A stretch of DNA of 64,000 nt from Octopus sinensis (GCF_006345805.1 NC_043000.1:163184001-163248000), one strand, 5' to 3'. Positions 27,719 to 41,353 are shown, counted from the first letter of the stretch. The notes: a model not told the origin generated them from the sequence alone. Program-made: numbers and translations.

Positions 27719-30700
27719 GTGTGTGTGCGTTTGTGTGCAAATGAGTGTTGACGGAGGCAAGAGTACATCAATCGTCAGTTAAAAAAGAACACTTTACTTA
27801 CACGTGTGTCTCTTATCAGAGTAATGGAAATTGAGCGAATATCGTTGAGAAAAATCTAAAAATACAAAAAGATATCGATTAAAGTGAGATCTTCTTGTAG
27901 TTTTATATCTCCGTGCAACAAGCATTTGCAATAGAGGAAGCACAAGGATCGTATGTGTCCGTCTTCGAATTTCTACATGCCATCTGTAATGTCATGGTTA
28001 TATCGTCATTGTTTTTTTACTTAAATTTCATAATGTTATCTTTAGGTTCAACTGTTAATTTTGGACAATTTTCTTTTTCCCCTCTGTCATTCGTTAAGGC
28101 GTTTTTTTCAGCTAACTCCATTTTATCCTCTTCTCAAACGATAAAAGTTGAAATTTTATTAGTATAGAATTTAATAAAATCATTATTATTACTTTGGTCA
28201 ACGCATATTGAGATCCGACGACAGACACATCTTTCTCATTATTACATGAGATTAGCAGCTCTTGAAGTATCTTATAGGTCTATTTCCAAATCAAATACAA
28301 TGGCTTTGACTTATGCTTCCTTCTCAATCTCCAAACCACAAAATGTTAAGTTTGGGATTTTATAACTGACATTTTTGATGACCCCCAGGTTTGGGGCGAA
28401 ATTTTAAGGTTTTAAACTCCATCCTACACACTCACAGATACGTACATTAACAAATAAGTTTCAGTGCATGGAAAGTTCAGTTATATAAAGATAGAAGAGA
28501 ATCCCGTTCCTTTCATTCGGAGTTAGGAGGGTTTAAGCTACTGGTGCCAATAAATTATAGTTTTTCAAATGCCTATCAAAGTGTCTGCGTTTTGGAATTC
28601 TGAAAGTTTTGAAGAACGAGGCTCTTTTTTCAGCTAAACATAGATCACATTCTCTGCGCCCATTTCGTTCTGTCATCAATCATCCTTAATCTCCCTTTTA
28701 TTTGTTTATTTTTCATGTGATTCTTTAAAAATCTTGTTTTTATTTTACTACTTTTTATCTTTTCACTTCCATTTCATGTTTTGTCTGTTACGAGTTGTAC
28801 CGCTTACAACATTCACCCTCAACAAACAAAAAAAAATTGGAATCTTGTGTATTTTTGATTTTCCCAAACTCATAACTGACTGCCTGACGAGTGCTTAATA
28901 CATAACTAAACAGGAAACTCAGTGTTAAATGAATTTTCATAATTTATAAAATTTTGATTATTTTTCCTCTTATTTTCAATTTATTTTGCATCTTATTCAG
29001 AACGAAGGTAGAGAAATATGCAATTGATTCAGAAATTTTTGGAATCAAGAAAATTGTTTTTCTCGAACAAATTAAAAATTACAAGGTCTAATTAATTCAT
29101 ATTCTCATTCACTTCTTAGAAATTTCTCCATTAAGCTTAAGTCATATCTTCTTAACATGGTGGCTCACTCGATGCGCGAAAAATGTTAGAATTGTAGATA
29201 CTCACCTGTGCCTAGTTAACAGCCTTTATTGACTGAATGGAGTAGAAGATACGTTACACTGATAGACTAATTACCTCGGAGCATGCAGTTTTATCTCCCT
29301 ATTTCCTGAGATCGTATTCTGCCGTGGTTGGCTCAGCTTGCCGTTCTTCGGCAAAACGTGTATTAGTTAATGTTGAGGTTGTTTTTGTTAAATTACACGT
29401 CAAACTTGATTCTGCAGATCAAAGGTGTTCCCGCCATGCTCATCCAATCTTTTATCATTATTATTATTATTATTATTATTAGAAGTAGTAGTAGTAGTAG
29501 TATTTTGAGGAAAGTATACCTAAGACCAAAATATCTAATAACTTTTAACATTCTTAAGCCTATAAGGTAAGTTTTATTACATATTTCACTGCCAGAGTCT
29601 CTCATATTGGCTCAAAATCGCCGTAATTTATTGTTAATTCATTTGAAAGATTCATACTATAGATGGTGAGTTGGCACAGAATTGTTAGTGTTTTCTAAAA
29701 TGCTTCGTGGTGTTCGTTGCAGCTCCCTTCGCTCTGGGCTCAATGGCCACCTTACATCAATTTTGAAGGGGCTCATAAATGAACTCCCAGCACTGGAACC
29801 GCCGCTGCCTTCTCTTCCTCCTTCTTCTACTTCAATATTGTTTAGATTTGTAGAAGGACTCTCTCAGGTGTTGGAAGCCCAAAAGAAGAATAAAAAGGAT
29901 CACTTCCTCTGCAAACCAGTGGCTTTGTGCCAATGTAAGAAAAGGAAAAAAACCTTATTAGATCTTTTGTCAGAGAGAAGAAAAATGGAAACGCGGTAGT
30001 AAATATATTTATATATTCCACAAGTACGTCAGTCGTAACAGTAAGTCATTAAAAACGAATGCGTAATCTGGTAATTATCCCATAAATCACGTTGGATAAA
30101 GCGACAATTTCACTGATGTAATATAGATAAAATATTACATATATTATTTCTACTTAAAAAAAAAAATTACAATTCTGTGTTTTTATAATGTGGACGGGAA
30201 ATATCGAGTAACTTGTAGATGATCAAATTATTCTTATTTGTTTTATCGACACCAGCGGGAGTTCAATTGGAGAACATATAAAAGCGATTGTTTCATGTTT
30301 GTACAGTTGGTCAGATAACATATGTAAATAAACATATGTACAGGAACGATTAGAAGCTCAGCAATACTAGAATAAAGAAATATACTGGAGCGTAATTTGT
30401 TAGTGAAATAAGAGGTTAGGTAGAGGCGAGTTAATACCAGTTACAGTTTCCATTCACGACTGAAATTAGATTTATTTCACGGCTGCTTCTAAATCTAAGG
30501 AGCATGCTTGTTGTTACGGTTGCTGTAGTTTAGTCCTCAGGCTAGCTCTGACCCAGAACACTTGGTTTAAAGTAACCGAGTTTTAGGCTGAAGAGAACAT
30601 TAGGAAGAAAACAAGAAGGAAGCGAAAATTCTTTTCTTTTCTTTTTTTCTTTTCTTATATTCGAGATCACTTTCTAGCAGAAGATCGTTCGACTAAAATT

Positions 30701-31069
30701 CGTCATAGCGGTGCCCCAGCATGGCCGCAGTCTAATGACGGAAACAAGGAAAAGATAAAAGATACATACATACACATTTACATTTTATTTTTCTTGATCA
30801 TTCCGTTGTCTGCCTTTGTACTACAGCTTCTGTGGTCTTGATAGTTATATATATACACACACAATACGTAAATACGTGTCTATGAAAGATAATGTGATCG
30901 TGCAAGAAGTAGAGAGAAGCAGATAGGAAAGAGTAAGCAAGATCCATCCGTTTGATTAATCTATCCAAATGTTACACAACACTCTAAAGCTGACATTGTA
31001 AACAAACATTTGGAGAACGAGTCTATGAATGTATGGGCATCTTTCTCGCCCCTCCTCCATCTCTTGCTC

Positions 31070-31100
<31 letters not shown>

Positions 31101-31264
31101 ATATTTTTTGTTCTAGTATCTTTATGAATCATGTTTTTTTTTATGCTTATAGTGTGCGCGTGTATCTCTGTGTCTGTTTTTAAGTATTTTATGTGTATTT
31201 ATGTATATGTACGTTTCTAGTATTACTGACTTGGCTTTGGATCTAAGAATTGCATGCGTGTGTG

Positions 31265-31314
<50 letters not shown>

Positions 31315-31869
31315 TTATTACTATTTTGCATGTATGTCAATCTGCGCGTTCTTTTCGTTTTATTTGTCGTAAGAAAGGGTGAACATTTTTGTGCAATATA
31401 TCTGTATAAAAATGAACGAAATCTTTTCTGATATTTCTGGTGGTCAAATTCACTTGAAACATTTTAAGGTACACGGGTTCATACCTCAAAGTACATAGAG
31501 ATAAACATTTTAACCAGACATTGCATTGTTTGTGCAAGTAAAAGACATACGGGTATATAAAATTTGAATTACTGCATAGATATATAAAACTGGTTTATGT
31601 TTTCACATGGTTGCGGTTTATTATTCATCGTTCCTTCGACTTTTGTTCGTTCATCTGCTCATGCAGCCTAAGATAACTCGTAAATTCAGCTGATGGTATT
31701 ATCATCTTTTACTTTTTTCAGTCATTGGACAGCATCCGTACTTTTGTACCTTATTAAAGGGTTCAGTTGAACAAGTCGTTCCCAGTACTTGTGATATTAA
31801 GCCTGGTACTTAATCTATCGGTCATTTTCAATGAACCGCAAGATTGTGAGTATGCAAGTCCAGTGATGG

Positions 31870-32650
31870 TAGGAGTCAACCTTTCAAGGATAACTTTTTC
31901 TTTCCCTGTTTCTGAGCGCGATGTCCAATCTGTTTGTAACATTTCTCTTCCTTTCTAACCATCAAGAAGTTCGAACCGAAACAGATCCGGAGCACTTGAT
32001 TAGTTCAGCACATCACAACACTGACCAATTGCACAGAAATGTATCTCCAGGTGTCGCGGTGCAATCCCACCAGCTTCCTCGGGTTAATCTTTGCTCATAT
32101 CAACACCTCGCATTCGTTTAGAATGGTACTGACCATCTCGACTTCTGTTGCAATCAGGCACCATTATGGTTACGTTCGCATCTTTCGTATCCCAACACGT
32201 CTAGTTTCGGCAGCAGTGAAACGAGAATCAGTACATACAGAAGAGGTGAAAGAAAGCACATTTGATGGTCCGAGTGTGTGATCCGAAGCTGTTTTGATAG
32301 GTAGATGTTAGTCTGTATGTAGTAGCAAAGCCTCTGGAAACGGAACGAAACAAACTTCTGAGAATAGTCATCAAAGAACGGTGTCTAACCCTGTCGAAAG
32401 ATTTAGAGTGATCCAAATTGAAAAGACACAGATATGTTACTCTCCTCTTGTATGATATATCACATGATCTAGATGATGTCTATTCTGGATCATGTAGGTC
32501 TTTACTCTCTTTACGAGATACTATCGAGACAAGTATCAACCGCATTTTTGCGCTTTGTCCATAATCTGACCACCAACTGCATTATGGCTGTTGATATCAG
32601 CTTTTCGCAATGCACTGAGAGCTACGACAGGTCATCGAGATGAATACTAA
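31870..32650 (-). mobile_element. Old L1/Tx1-type reverse transcriptase relic
   Basis: NLDHSKSFDRVRH near 32380-32419 matches the LDxxKAFDRVxH RT motif; boundaries approximate. Confidence 0.55.
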
Positions 32651-33185
32651 AGTTTGCTACCGTTTGCCAGTCGAGGCGAATAATTGAAAAGAAAAAATGC
32701 ATCGGGAAACCCACAGACATTTATTTGTAGATGCCTGCGCAGTTCCATACCACGAATAACGAAGGTTTTCTTTTTATCTTACTTCAGATACTCCTCATAC
32801 TAATACATTATGATGTGTTTTCCTGCATTGCATGGTATGACTAAAAATGTCATTTGTACCCATCTTCTATGATCCCCTTGGCTTCTTTCATTTGTTCCCT
32901 CTGTAAATGTACTTGCTCTCTGGTTCATGTCATACTGATGAGAGAGATATTGTGTTGTTTTCGCTGTTGTTGCTACAGCAGTTATTGGAGATAAAGCTAT
33001 GAACTGCAATGGAAGCGATAGTGTTGGTGGTGATGATGTTGTCGTATGTTCCTGAAATTTTCAGTCGACTCGTTGAGCTGGTGGCGGTAGGACTCATGTT
33101 ATTGATCCTGTCGTACGTGTTTCTTTCTTTTCGTAGTAACTGTTACAGGTTGTATTGTTGTTCTTGTCACTTTTGTACTTTAAGA

Positions 33186-33470
33186 CAATGCAACTCAAAG
33201 TGGTGATCCGCGGACCGGTGCCGGTCCGCGAGCCATCAGCTGCCTGTACGCGGCAAGTTTCCAGAAAAGAAATATTATAAAATGCTTATGTAATGCTTAT
33301 ATAATATTGTATTATTTGTTTACAAAAAAAATATGATAATAAAATTGTCAACTTTTATTATATTCATTATATTATATATTGTTTCCGCTATAAACTAATA
33401 CTACTAAGAAATATTACCTGTCCCTGGCACATTGGAAAAAAGAAAATTGCCAGTACGTCACATCAGATGA
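33186..33470 (+). mobile_element. hAT/Charlie-like MITE, one end
   Basis: CAATGCAACTCAAAGTGGTGATCCGCGGACCGGTGCCGGTCCGCG start with subterminal palindromic motifs; second TIR not seen. Confidence 0.55.
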
Positions 33471-33678
33471 ATGAATTTTCTTTCTGGTTTTCAAAAGTAT
33501 ACAGTAATGGGACGAACAGCAAAGAACCCACCAGTCATTTGCAGTTATGGTCGATTCTGCAATAAAGTAAAAATGAGAAGCACAATTATCAACATTAACA
33601 AATCATTAAAAGGGCAAAGTATAAACACATTTTATGAACTTTCGATGTGAGACAAAATGCGACATGCATGGCCAAGAA

Positions 33679-33743
<65 letters not shown>

Positions 33744-34169
33744 AAATAGTAAAGTGAATTATTCTTTAGTATGCATAGGGGAGAAAAGTAAACTCTTCTA
33801 ATATCAAATTCATACCCACTTTTTTCTACCCGTCATCTCGTTTAAAGTATTACTGTAACCAAATCAGAGCCATTTATACGTTCCGCATCCACAAACCGCC
33901 ATTTTTTAAAGGTGAGAATTTACAACTCCCGAAATTATAAATAAGCGATTTCGGCAGAAACTTCAGAGCAAAACGTTTTTCTCTAAAACATCAAAAAAGG
34001 AACAAACGACAACAAAAAACCCATTTTCAAAAGATTCATAAATGATACATACACACAGACATATATCAGACGTGTGTGTGTATGAAATAATAAACAGATA
34101 AATAAATACACACACAAAAACACATATATTATATGAATGTATACGAATATATACTACATACATACATAC

Positions 34170-34276
<107 letters not shown>

Positions 34277-34882
34277 GTGTGTATTGTGTGTTCAGAAAAC
34301 CCCAGCTGAAATATATTGCACCTAGAAATGCTAAATTTATTCCAGATCAAAGCAATTATCACCCACCTCTTGCAGTCCTAGCCACCGCTACTCCTACAAC
34401 CTACCCAATTCCCTATTAATCCATTCCACCCTATCACAACGTTACTAGATCTACTAACGTGATAATTATATTTAGAAAGTTCTGTAGAGTAACTATTAAT
34501 TATATTGCTACTACTAGGTGCGAAAGGAACATTAAAACATCCTAACGTATGGACACTCCATCGAAACCATGTCTTACTGAATATGATATATTTCTATTTA
34601 GCTATTTGAAGTTCATACAATACATACACATACACACACACATACATGCATGCATAGATACATGCATGCATGCATATATATATATATAGATACATACATG
34701 CGTACATACCTACATTCATTGATACGTACGTACATGTTTGTGGTGGGGACCTGTGTCCATGTGTATGTGCAGATATATAGGTACAAACGAAGAAGAGGAA
34801 CAATTAACCAGACAGGTGTGCAAAAGTAATAACACTGATACAGATACAAACACACCACATACACGTTCGCGATCACGCACAC

Positions 34883-35060
34883 ATATATATACATACATAT
34901 GTATGTATATATATGTATGTATGTATATATATATGCATGTATATATATATATATATATATGTATGTATATTATATATATATGTAATATATATATATATAT
35001 ATATATGGATGGATATATATATATGTATGTATATATATATATATATTATATATATGTATG

Positions 35061-35105
<45 letters not shown>

Positions 35106-35232
35106 GTATGTATATATATATATATATGTATTTATATGTATATATATGTATGTATATGTATTATATATGTATGTATATGTATATATTATATATATATATA
35201 TGTTATGTATATATATATATGTATATGTATCT

Positions 35233-35266
<34 letters not shown>

Positions 35267-35289
35267 ATGTATGTATATATATATGTATG

Positions 35290-35346
<57 letters not shown>

Positions 35347-35541
35347 GTATGTATATATATATGTATGTATGTATATATGTATGTATATATATATATGTGT
35401 GTATGTATATATATATGTATGTATATATATATACATATGTATGTATGTATATATGTATGTATATGTATGGATGTATATATATGCGTGTTCATGTATTCAT
35501 GTATGTATATATGTATGTGTGTGTGTGTGTGTGTGTGTGTA
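34883..35541. repeat. Compound (TA)n/(TATG)n microsatellite
   Basis: Direct inspection; source of the spurious 339-aa ORF. Confidence 0.97.
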
Positions 35542-36458
35542 TACCCCCCATACACACACATAATACATCCATGCATATACGCATACTGCTCTGCCTCATA
35601 TGTTGTGCATAGTGTTGAGCACTCACTGCAAATTTTGACTAAGAAGTCTCCATGCACTATGCTGCTATATCTGTACTTCTGGCATTTGGTGCATACATTG
35701 AGTTGGTTATTTAAGCTTTTTTTCCCCTCCTTCCTCCCTCTCATTTTTGACCACTAATAATCTTCTACCATCTCTTTTTTATTTTTTACTCTTGAATGAA
35801 TCTTTTCCAACTCAGCTAGTCAAACACTTGCTACAAACTTTTGAGAGTGGTTGTCTGCATATCCGGGAGCACCCCAAACAACTGTACGGCTCCCTGAAGA
35901 ACTAATGTCCTGTCTGCCATCATTGGCTATAACTGATTCTTTTCTTTTAAAACGTCGTGCAGTGATTTCCAAGTTACCCATTTATGCTGAGACCAAACAG
36001 CTTGTGATATATCCTTCCATGACCTCTTTATCGAAGGATTTTTTAAAGAGGAGTTATATCATTGAGCTGTTGTTTCAAAACTCAGTCACATACTGTATAC
36101 CTGTTTGAGGCTGATGCTTGTAATTTTTAGCGTAAATTCTACTTCCTCCTTTATTCATCCGGTTTGAAAGATATATACAAAGTAGGAGAAAATAAAATGA
36201 GAAGTAAGATATTTTCATGATCTTCATTATTTCTGTCTTATATTATCTTTTTCAGAAGCTTACTAGAAGCTCTGGCGAAGTATCTTCAGCGGTTTGGCAT
36301 ATTTTAAGAGAATCGCTGGAAATCCATCAGAGCATCTTGAGTTTAAGCATAGTTCGTCAATATCACATCTGGTTTATGAAGATAAAATCGATGGCTGCTA
36401 CTTCCCTATGCACAGCTGTGTGTCAAACTGCTTTGGCTAATCTGTATTTGTGAAATAA

Positions 36459-36697
<239 letters not shown>

Positions 36698-37123
36698 AAC
36701 TTTGCTGGAGTAAACTAGTCAACAGCATTGACCTGTGTGTTTGGCTGGTACTTATTTAATCGATCACGAAAGTACGAAAGCCAATCTCGAAGGAAGAAAT
36801 CCGCTGAGCATTTCGCGTGGCGTGACAACGACCCTGCCAACTCGCAACCACTCACACACACACACACATACACACAAGCGCGCGCTCACACATACACATG
36901 TAAGTATGTATCTATAATACGTATATATATTTTTAATGAATAGATAGAAATATTTTATCATTATATATATGTACACGTGTATATATCTATCTACCTATCT
37001 AAATTTATGTGTCTGTGGTGCACTTATACACACACACGCACATACATGTATGTATAGGTAAAACTGTAGATTCAAAAGAAAATGAATATTATTTTAACGT
37101 GTTATTCTGTCAGTAGCTAATCT

Positions 37124-37487
37124 TTTCTACACTAGGCACAAGCCCGAATTTTTGGGGGAGGGTGCTAGTCGATTAGATCGACCCAAGTACGCAACTGGTA
37201 CTTAATTTATCGACCTCGGCGAAATTTGAACTCGGAACGTAAGACAGACGAAATACCTATTTCTTTACTACCCACAAGGGGCTAAACACAGAGAGAACAA
37301 ACAAGGACAGACACACGGATTAAGTCGATTAAATCGACCCCAGTGCATAACTGGTACTTAATTTATCGACCCCGAAAGGATGAAAGGCAAAGTCGACCTC
37401 GGCGGAATTTGAACTTAGAACGCAGCGGCAGACGAAATACCGCTGAGCATTTCGCCCGGCGTGCTAACGATTCTGCCAGCTCGCCGC
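37124..37487 (-). mobile_element. Meta-type SINE joined to a 5'-truncated copy with a different tail
   Basis: Junction GAAATACC|TATTTCTTTACTACCC at ~37257. Confidence 0.85.
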
Positions 37488-37751
37488 TTTTCTCAGTAAG
37501 GTATAATACGGTAACAGAAAATGTCTTACTTGTCACTTTACTTCCCCCTACTTTATATCTATCTTTCAAATATAATCCACATGCATTCTCCACAAAAGAA
37601 ACTCCAAAACGTAAGCAATATATAAGTAATAAACCGGCTTTAATTATGAGTTTGAATATTCTATTATACTTAAAAACTGAAATATGTAGTGGTTGTTGAC
37701 ATGCAAATATGCATGTACTTATGTAATATATAACTTTTCTTGTATTCTCTA

Positions 37752-37981
37752 TTTTTTCTCTTTTACTTGTTTCAGTCATTTTGACTGCGGCCATGCTGGA
37801 GCACCGCCTTTAGTCGAGCAAATCGACCCCGGGACTTATTCTTTGTAAGCCCAGTACTTATTCTATCGGTCTCTTTTGCCGAACCGCTAAGTGACGGGGA
37901 CGTAAATATACCAGCCAGCAACGGTTGTCAAGCAATGTTAGGGGGACAAACACAGACACACAAATACACACACATACACAC

Positions 37982-38012
<31 letters not shown>

Positions 38013-38179
38013 CATATATACGACAGGCTTCTTTCAGTTTCCGTCTACCAAATCCACTCACAAGGCTTTGGTCGGCCCGGGGCTATAGCAGAAGACACTC
38101 GCCCAAGATGCCACGCAGTGGGACTGAACCCGGAACCATGTGGTTGGTTAGCAAGCTACTTACCACACAGCCACTCCTG
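37752..38179 (-). mobile_element. CORE-type tRNA SINE
   Basis: Same family, full length. Confidence 0.9.
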
Positions 38180-38628
38180 TATATATATATATATAAAACC
38201 AAGGAGAATGGAGTGAGTAAAGTCCAGGGTTAACACCCAAATGATATATTTGTGTGTGTGATGTGGGAATGGTTGGCTGTATGATAAAGTTAGGTAATAA
38301 CGGTGGAGGAAAAAGTACTTTTGACGACGAGAGAATGTTACTTTTACATTCTTAATGGCAATTTATAAGCAATGAGAAAGAAGAGTGAGAGAGGTGGACG
38401 AGGAGAAGGCAGAAAAGAAGGCAACGGAGAAAGAGAATATGAGATGGGAGTGCAAGCAGGAGACAGAGATATGGGGCTGCGAAACTCTACTTTTTAAGTC
38501 ATTATTTATGGCTGCATAAATTTGGCTTTCGATACACACATACGCATAAACGCATATACACACACAAATACAAAGAGAAACGACTTAAATTATATATACT
38601 GACTTGAAGTGTATACAAATCTACATAC

Positions 38629-38700
<72 letters not shown>

Positions 38701-38804
38701 ATATGCACACATATATGTACATAGATATGTACACTCGTATCTCTCTATATATATATCCTCACATATATACATACACACACGCATATATAGATATATATAC
38801 ATGT

Positions 38805-38860
<56 letters not shown>

Positions 38861-39092
38861 ATTAATCAATAGGGTGGCAAAAAAAAAAAAAATTTTGTAG
38901 AATTCTTTTTGCCACCAGCGGCCTAGTGGAAAAAATTAAATAGTCATAGACCATTTTTAAGTTCAACATCAACAATCAAGGAACGGCCATAATAGGCCAT
39001 TCACCCACTAGAAATAACAGCCAAAGCTTCAACCGCAAATAAAGATTAATTCCGTAAACAGGAGAAAATTTAAAAAACTTTTACCCTGTAAT

Positions 39093-39194
39093 TTCTTGTA
39101 CGATGCACCGTTTCATCTGCTGTTTAATGGTAAACTAACTGATTAAATTAAATCAAGCCAATCTTCCATAGGCCCTCAGATTCTTCAGCAAGAA
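39093..39194 (-). ncRNA. Type I hammerhead ribozyme, array copy 1
   Basis: Minus strand reads UUCUUG-CUGAAGA-AUCUG...CAGAU-GAAAC-GGUGCAUC-GUA-CAAGAA: stem I UUCUUG/CAAGAA, intact core, stem II AUCUG/CAGAU, self-complementary stem III, GUA cleavage triplet. Confidence 0.88.
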
Positions 39195-39583
39195 TAGCCA
39201 AGTCGGAACAGATATTTTCACGAGGCATTTCCGACCCTGCCAAGGTAAATTCGACCTAAAATTTTCAAATCGTCGCACTCGCGCCAAATTTATCGGCAGC
39301 AAATCAATATAAGCCGTCGATTCCATTACGGAATTAACCAGAAAATTCATAATTAATCAATATAGGGTGGCAAAAAAAAAAATTTTGTAGAATTCTTTTT
39401 GTGCCACCAGCGGCCTAGTGGGAAAAAATTAAATAGTCATAGACCATTTTTAAGTTCAACATCAACAATCAAGGAACGGCCATAATAGGCCATTCACCCA
39501 CTAGAAATAACAGCCAAAGCTTCAACCGCAAATAAAGATTAATTCCGTAAACAGGAGAAAATTTAAAAAACATTTACCCTGTA

Positions 39584-39688
39584 ATTTCTTGTACGATGCA
39601 CCGTTTCATCTGCTGTTTAATGGTAAACTAACCTGATTAAATTAAATCAAGCCAATCTTCCATAGGCCCTCATTCTTCAGCAAGAAAT
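39584..39688 (-). ncRNA. Type I hammerhead ribozyme, array copy 2 (2-nt deletion at base of stem II)
   Basis: Same motif with 8-bp stem I (AUUUCUUG/CAAGAAAU). Plus strand has ccctcattcttcag instead of ccctcagattcttcag. Confidence 0.75.
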
Positions 39689-40084
39689 AGCCAAGTCGGA
39701 ACAGATATTTTTCACGAGGCATTTCCGACCCTGCCAAGGTAATATTCTGACCTAAAATTTTCAAATCGTCGCACTCGCGCCAAATTTATCGGCAGCAAAT
39801 CAATATAAGCCGTCGATTCCATTACGGAATTAACCAGAAAATTCATAATTAATCAATATAGGGTGGCACAAAAAAAAAAAAAAATTTTGTAGAATTCTTT
39901 TTGCCACCAGCGGCCTAGTGGGAAAAAATTAAATAGTCATAGACCATTTTTAAGTTCAACATCAACAATCAAGGAACGGCCATAATAGGCCATTCACCCA
40001 CTAGAAATAACAGCCAAAGCTTCAACCGCAATAAAGATTAATTCCGTAAACAGGAGAAAATTTAAAAAACATTTACCCTGTAAT

Positions 40085-40187
40085 TTCTTGTACGATGCAC
40101 CGTTTCATCTGCTGTTTAATGGTAAACTAACCTAATTAAATTAAATCAATCCAATCTTCCATAGGCCCTCAGATTCTTCAGCAAGAA
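40085..40187 (-). ncRNA. Type I hammerhead ribozyme, array copy 3
   Basis: Intact CUGAAGA, GAAAC and GUA core with stems I-III as in copy 1. Confidence 0.87.
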
Positions 40188-40591
40188 TAGCCAAGTCGGA
40201 ACAGATATTTTCACGAGGCATTTCCGACCCTGCCAAGGTAATATCTGCCTGACCTAAAATTTTTCAAAAATCGTCGCGCACCTCGCGCCAAATTTATCGG
40301 CAGCAATAAATATAAGCCGTCGATTCCATTACGGAATTAACCAGAAAATTCATAATTAATCAATATAGGGTGGCAAAAAAAAAAAAAAATTTTGTAGAAT
40401 TCTTTTTGCCACCAGGCGGCCCTAGTGGGAAAAAATTAAATAGTCCATAGACCATTTTTAAGTTCAACATCAACAATCAAGGAACGGCCATAATAGGCCA
40501 TTCACCCACTAGAAATAACAGCCAAAGCTTCAACCGCAAATAAAGATTAATTCCGTAAACAGAGAAAAATTTAAAAAACATTTACCCTGTA

Positions 40592-40698
40592 ATTTCTTGT
40601 ACGATGCACCGTTTCATCTGCTGTTTAATGGTAAACTAACCTGATTAAATTAAATCAAGCCAATCTTCCATAGGCCCTCAGATTCTTCAGCAAGAAAT
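40592..40698 (-). ncRNA. Type I hammerhead ribozyme, array copy 4
   Basis: Intact core, 8-bp stem I AUUUCUUG/CAAGAAAU, extended stem II hairpin. Confidence 0.88.
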
Positions 40699-41011
40699 AG
40701 CCAAGTCGGAACAGATATTTTCACGTTAATATTATATAATATATAATATATATATACAACTTATAAATAAGGGTAAACGAAAAAATTTCTAATGCCAAAT
40801 ATGCCGAAAATTGGACATATTGTCCATTAACCATATAATTTTTCCCCAGTACGCACGCTAGTTGTTTATAATTTAACCTTTAAAGGTATTCTTTAATATG
40901 CTGGCCATTGATAAAAAATTTTTTCGAAAAAATTTTATCCTACATTAGATATATATATATATATATATATATATGTAACACAAAGAAACCCCCAACCCAA
41001 CTCCCGTACAA

Positions 41012-41353
41012 TGCGGAGGAACAGACTGCGGTACTTGCCGTCACCTAATTTAAATTCAAAGATGATCAAACGTTCAAAGTTGAATTCAGTCTCACCTACA
41101 ACACAGAAAACCTGATCTTCATAGTCACATGCAATGGTTGCCAACATAATTGCATAGGTCAGACGGGCGGATCGTTACGCAACAGAATGACGACTTATAG
41201 CCAACAGTTCCGCGTCAAAAGCACAAGGAAAATTTCTTTAAGCAGCCACTTTGCAGACTGTGCAGGAACGGTTTTACCCAATTTCAAAATCTTTCTCCTC
41301 GACAAGTGCTCAGACTTTTTCAACCATCAACAAAGACTAAATAAAGGCAATTA
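41012..41353 (+). pseudogene. GIY-YIG endonuclease domain of a Penelope-like element (frameshifted)
   Basis: Manual translation: CGGTDCGTCRHL, frameshift, then FKFKDDQTFKVEFSLTYNTENLIFIVTCNGCQHNCIGQTGGSLRNRMTTYSQQFRVKSTRKISLSSHFADCA..., matching the NLIY..C..C...YIGQT...L..R pattern. Confidence 0.85.

Larger units (their letters stand above)
38859..40725 (-). mobile_element. Retrozyme-like tandem array: ~3.75 head-to-tail copies of a ~495-nt non-coding unit, each with a hammerhead ribozyme
   Basis: Unit start AATTAATCAAT(AT)AGGGTGGCAAAA recurs at ~38860, ~39351, ~39847 and ~40354. Copies differ mostly by short indels. Both ends abut TA-rich tracts. No credible ORF. Confidence 0.85.

Noticed and set aside
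29198-29240. Perfect minus-strand donor CAG|GTGAGT with a possible micro-exon
   Set aside because: An isolated splice motif is expected by chance in 64 kb; no supporting frame or partner exon.
34738-35757. 339-aa ORF and the many [16 protein letters not shown] ORFs
   Set aside because: Translations of microsatellites that lack stop codons; no coding signal.
38859-40725. CRISPR array or plain satellite interpretation of the tandem repeat
   Set aside because: No unique spacers, eukaryotic context, and each unit holds a structured ribozyme. A partial assembly artefact in copy number is not excluded.
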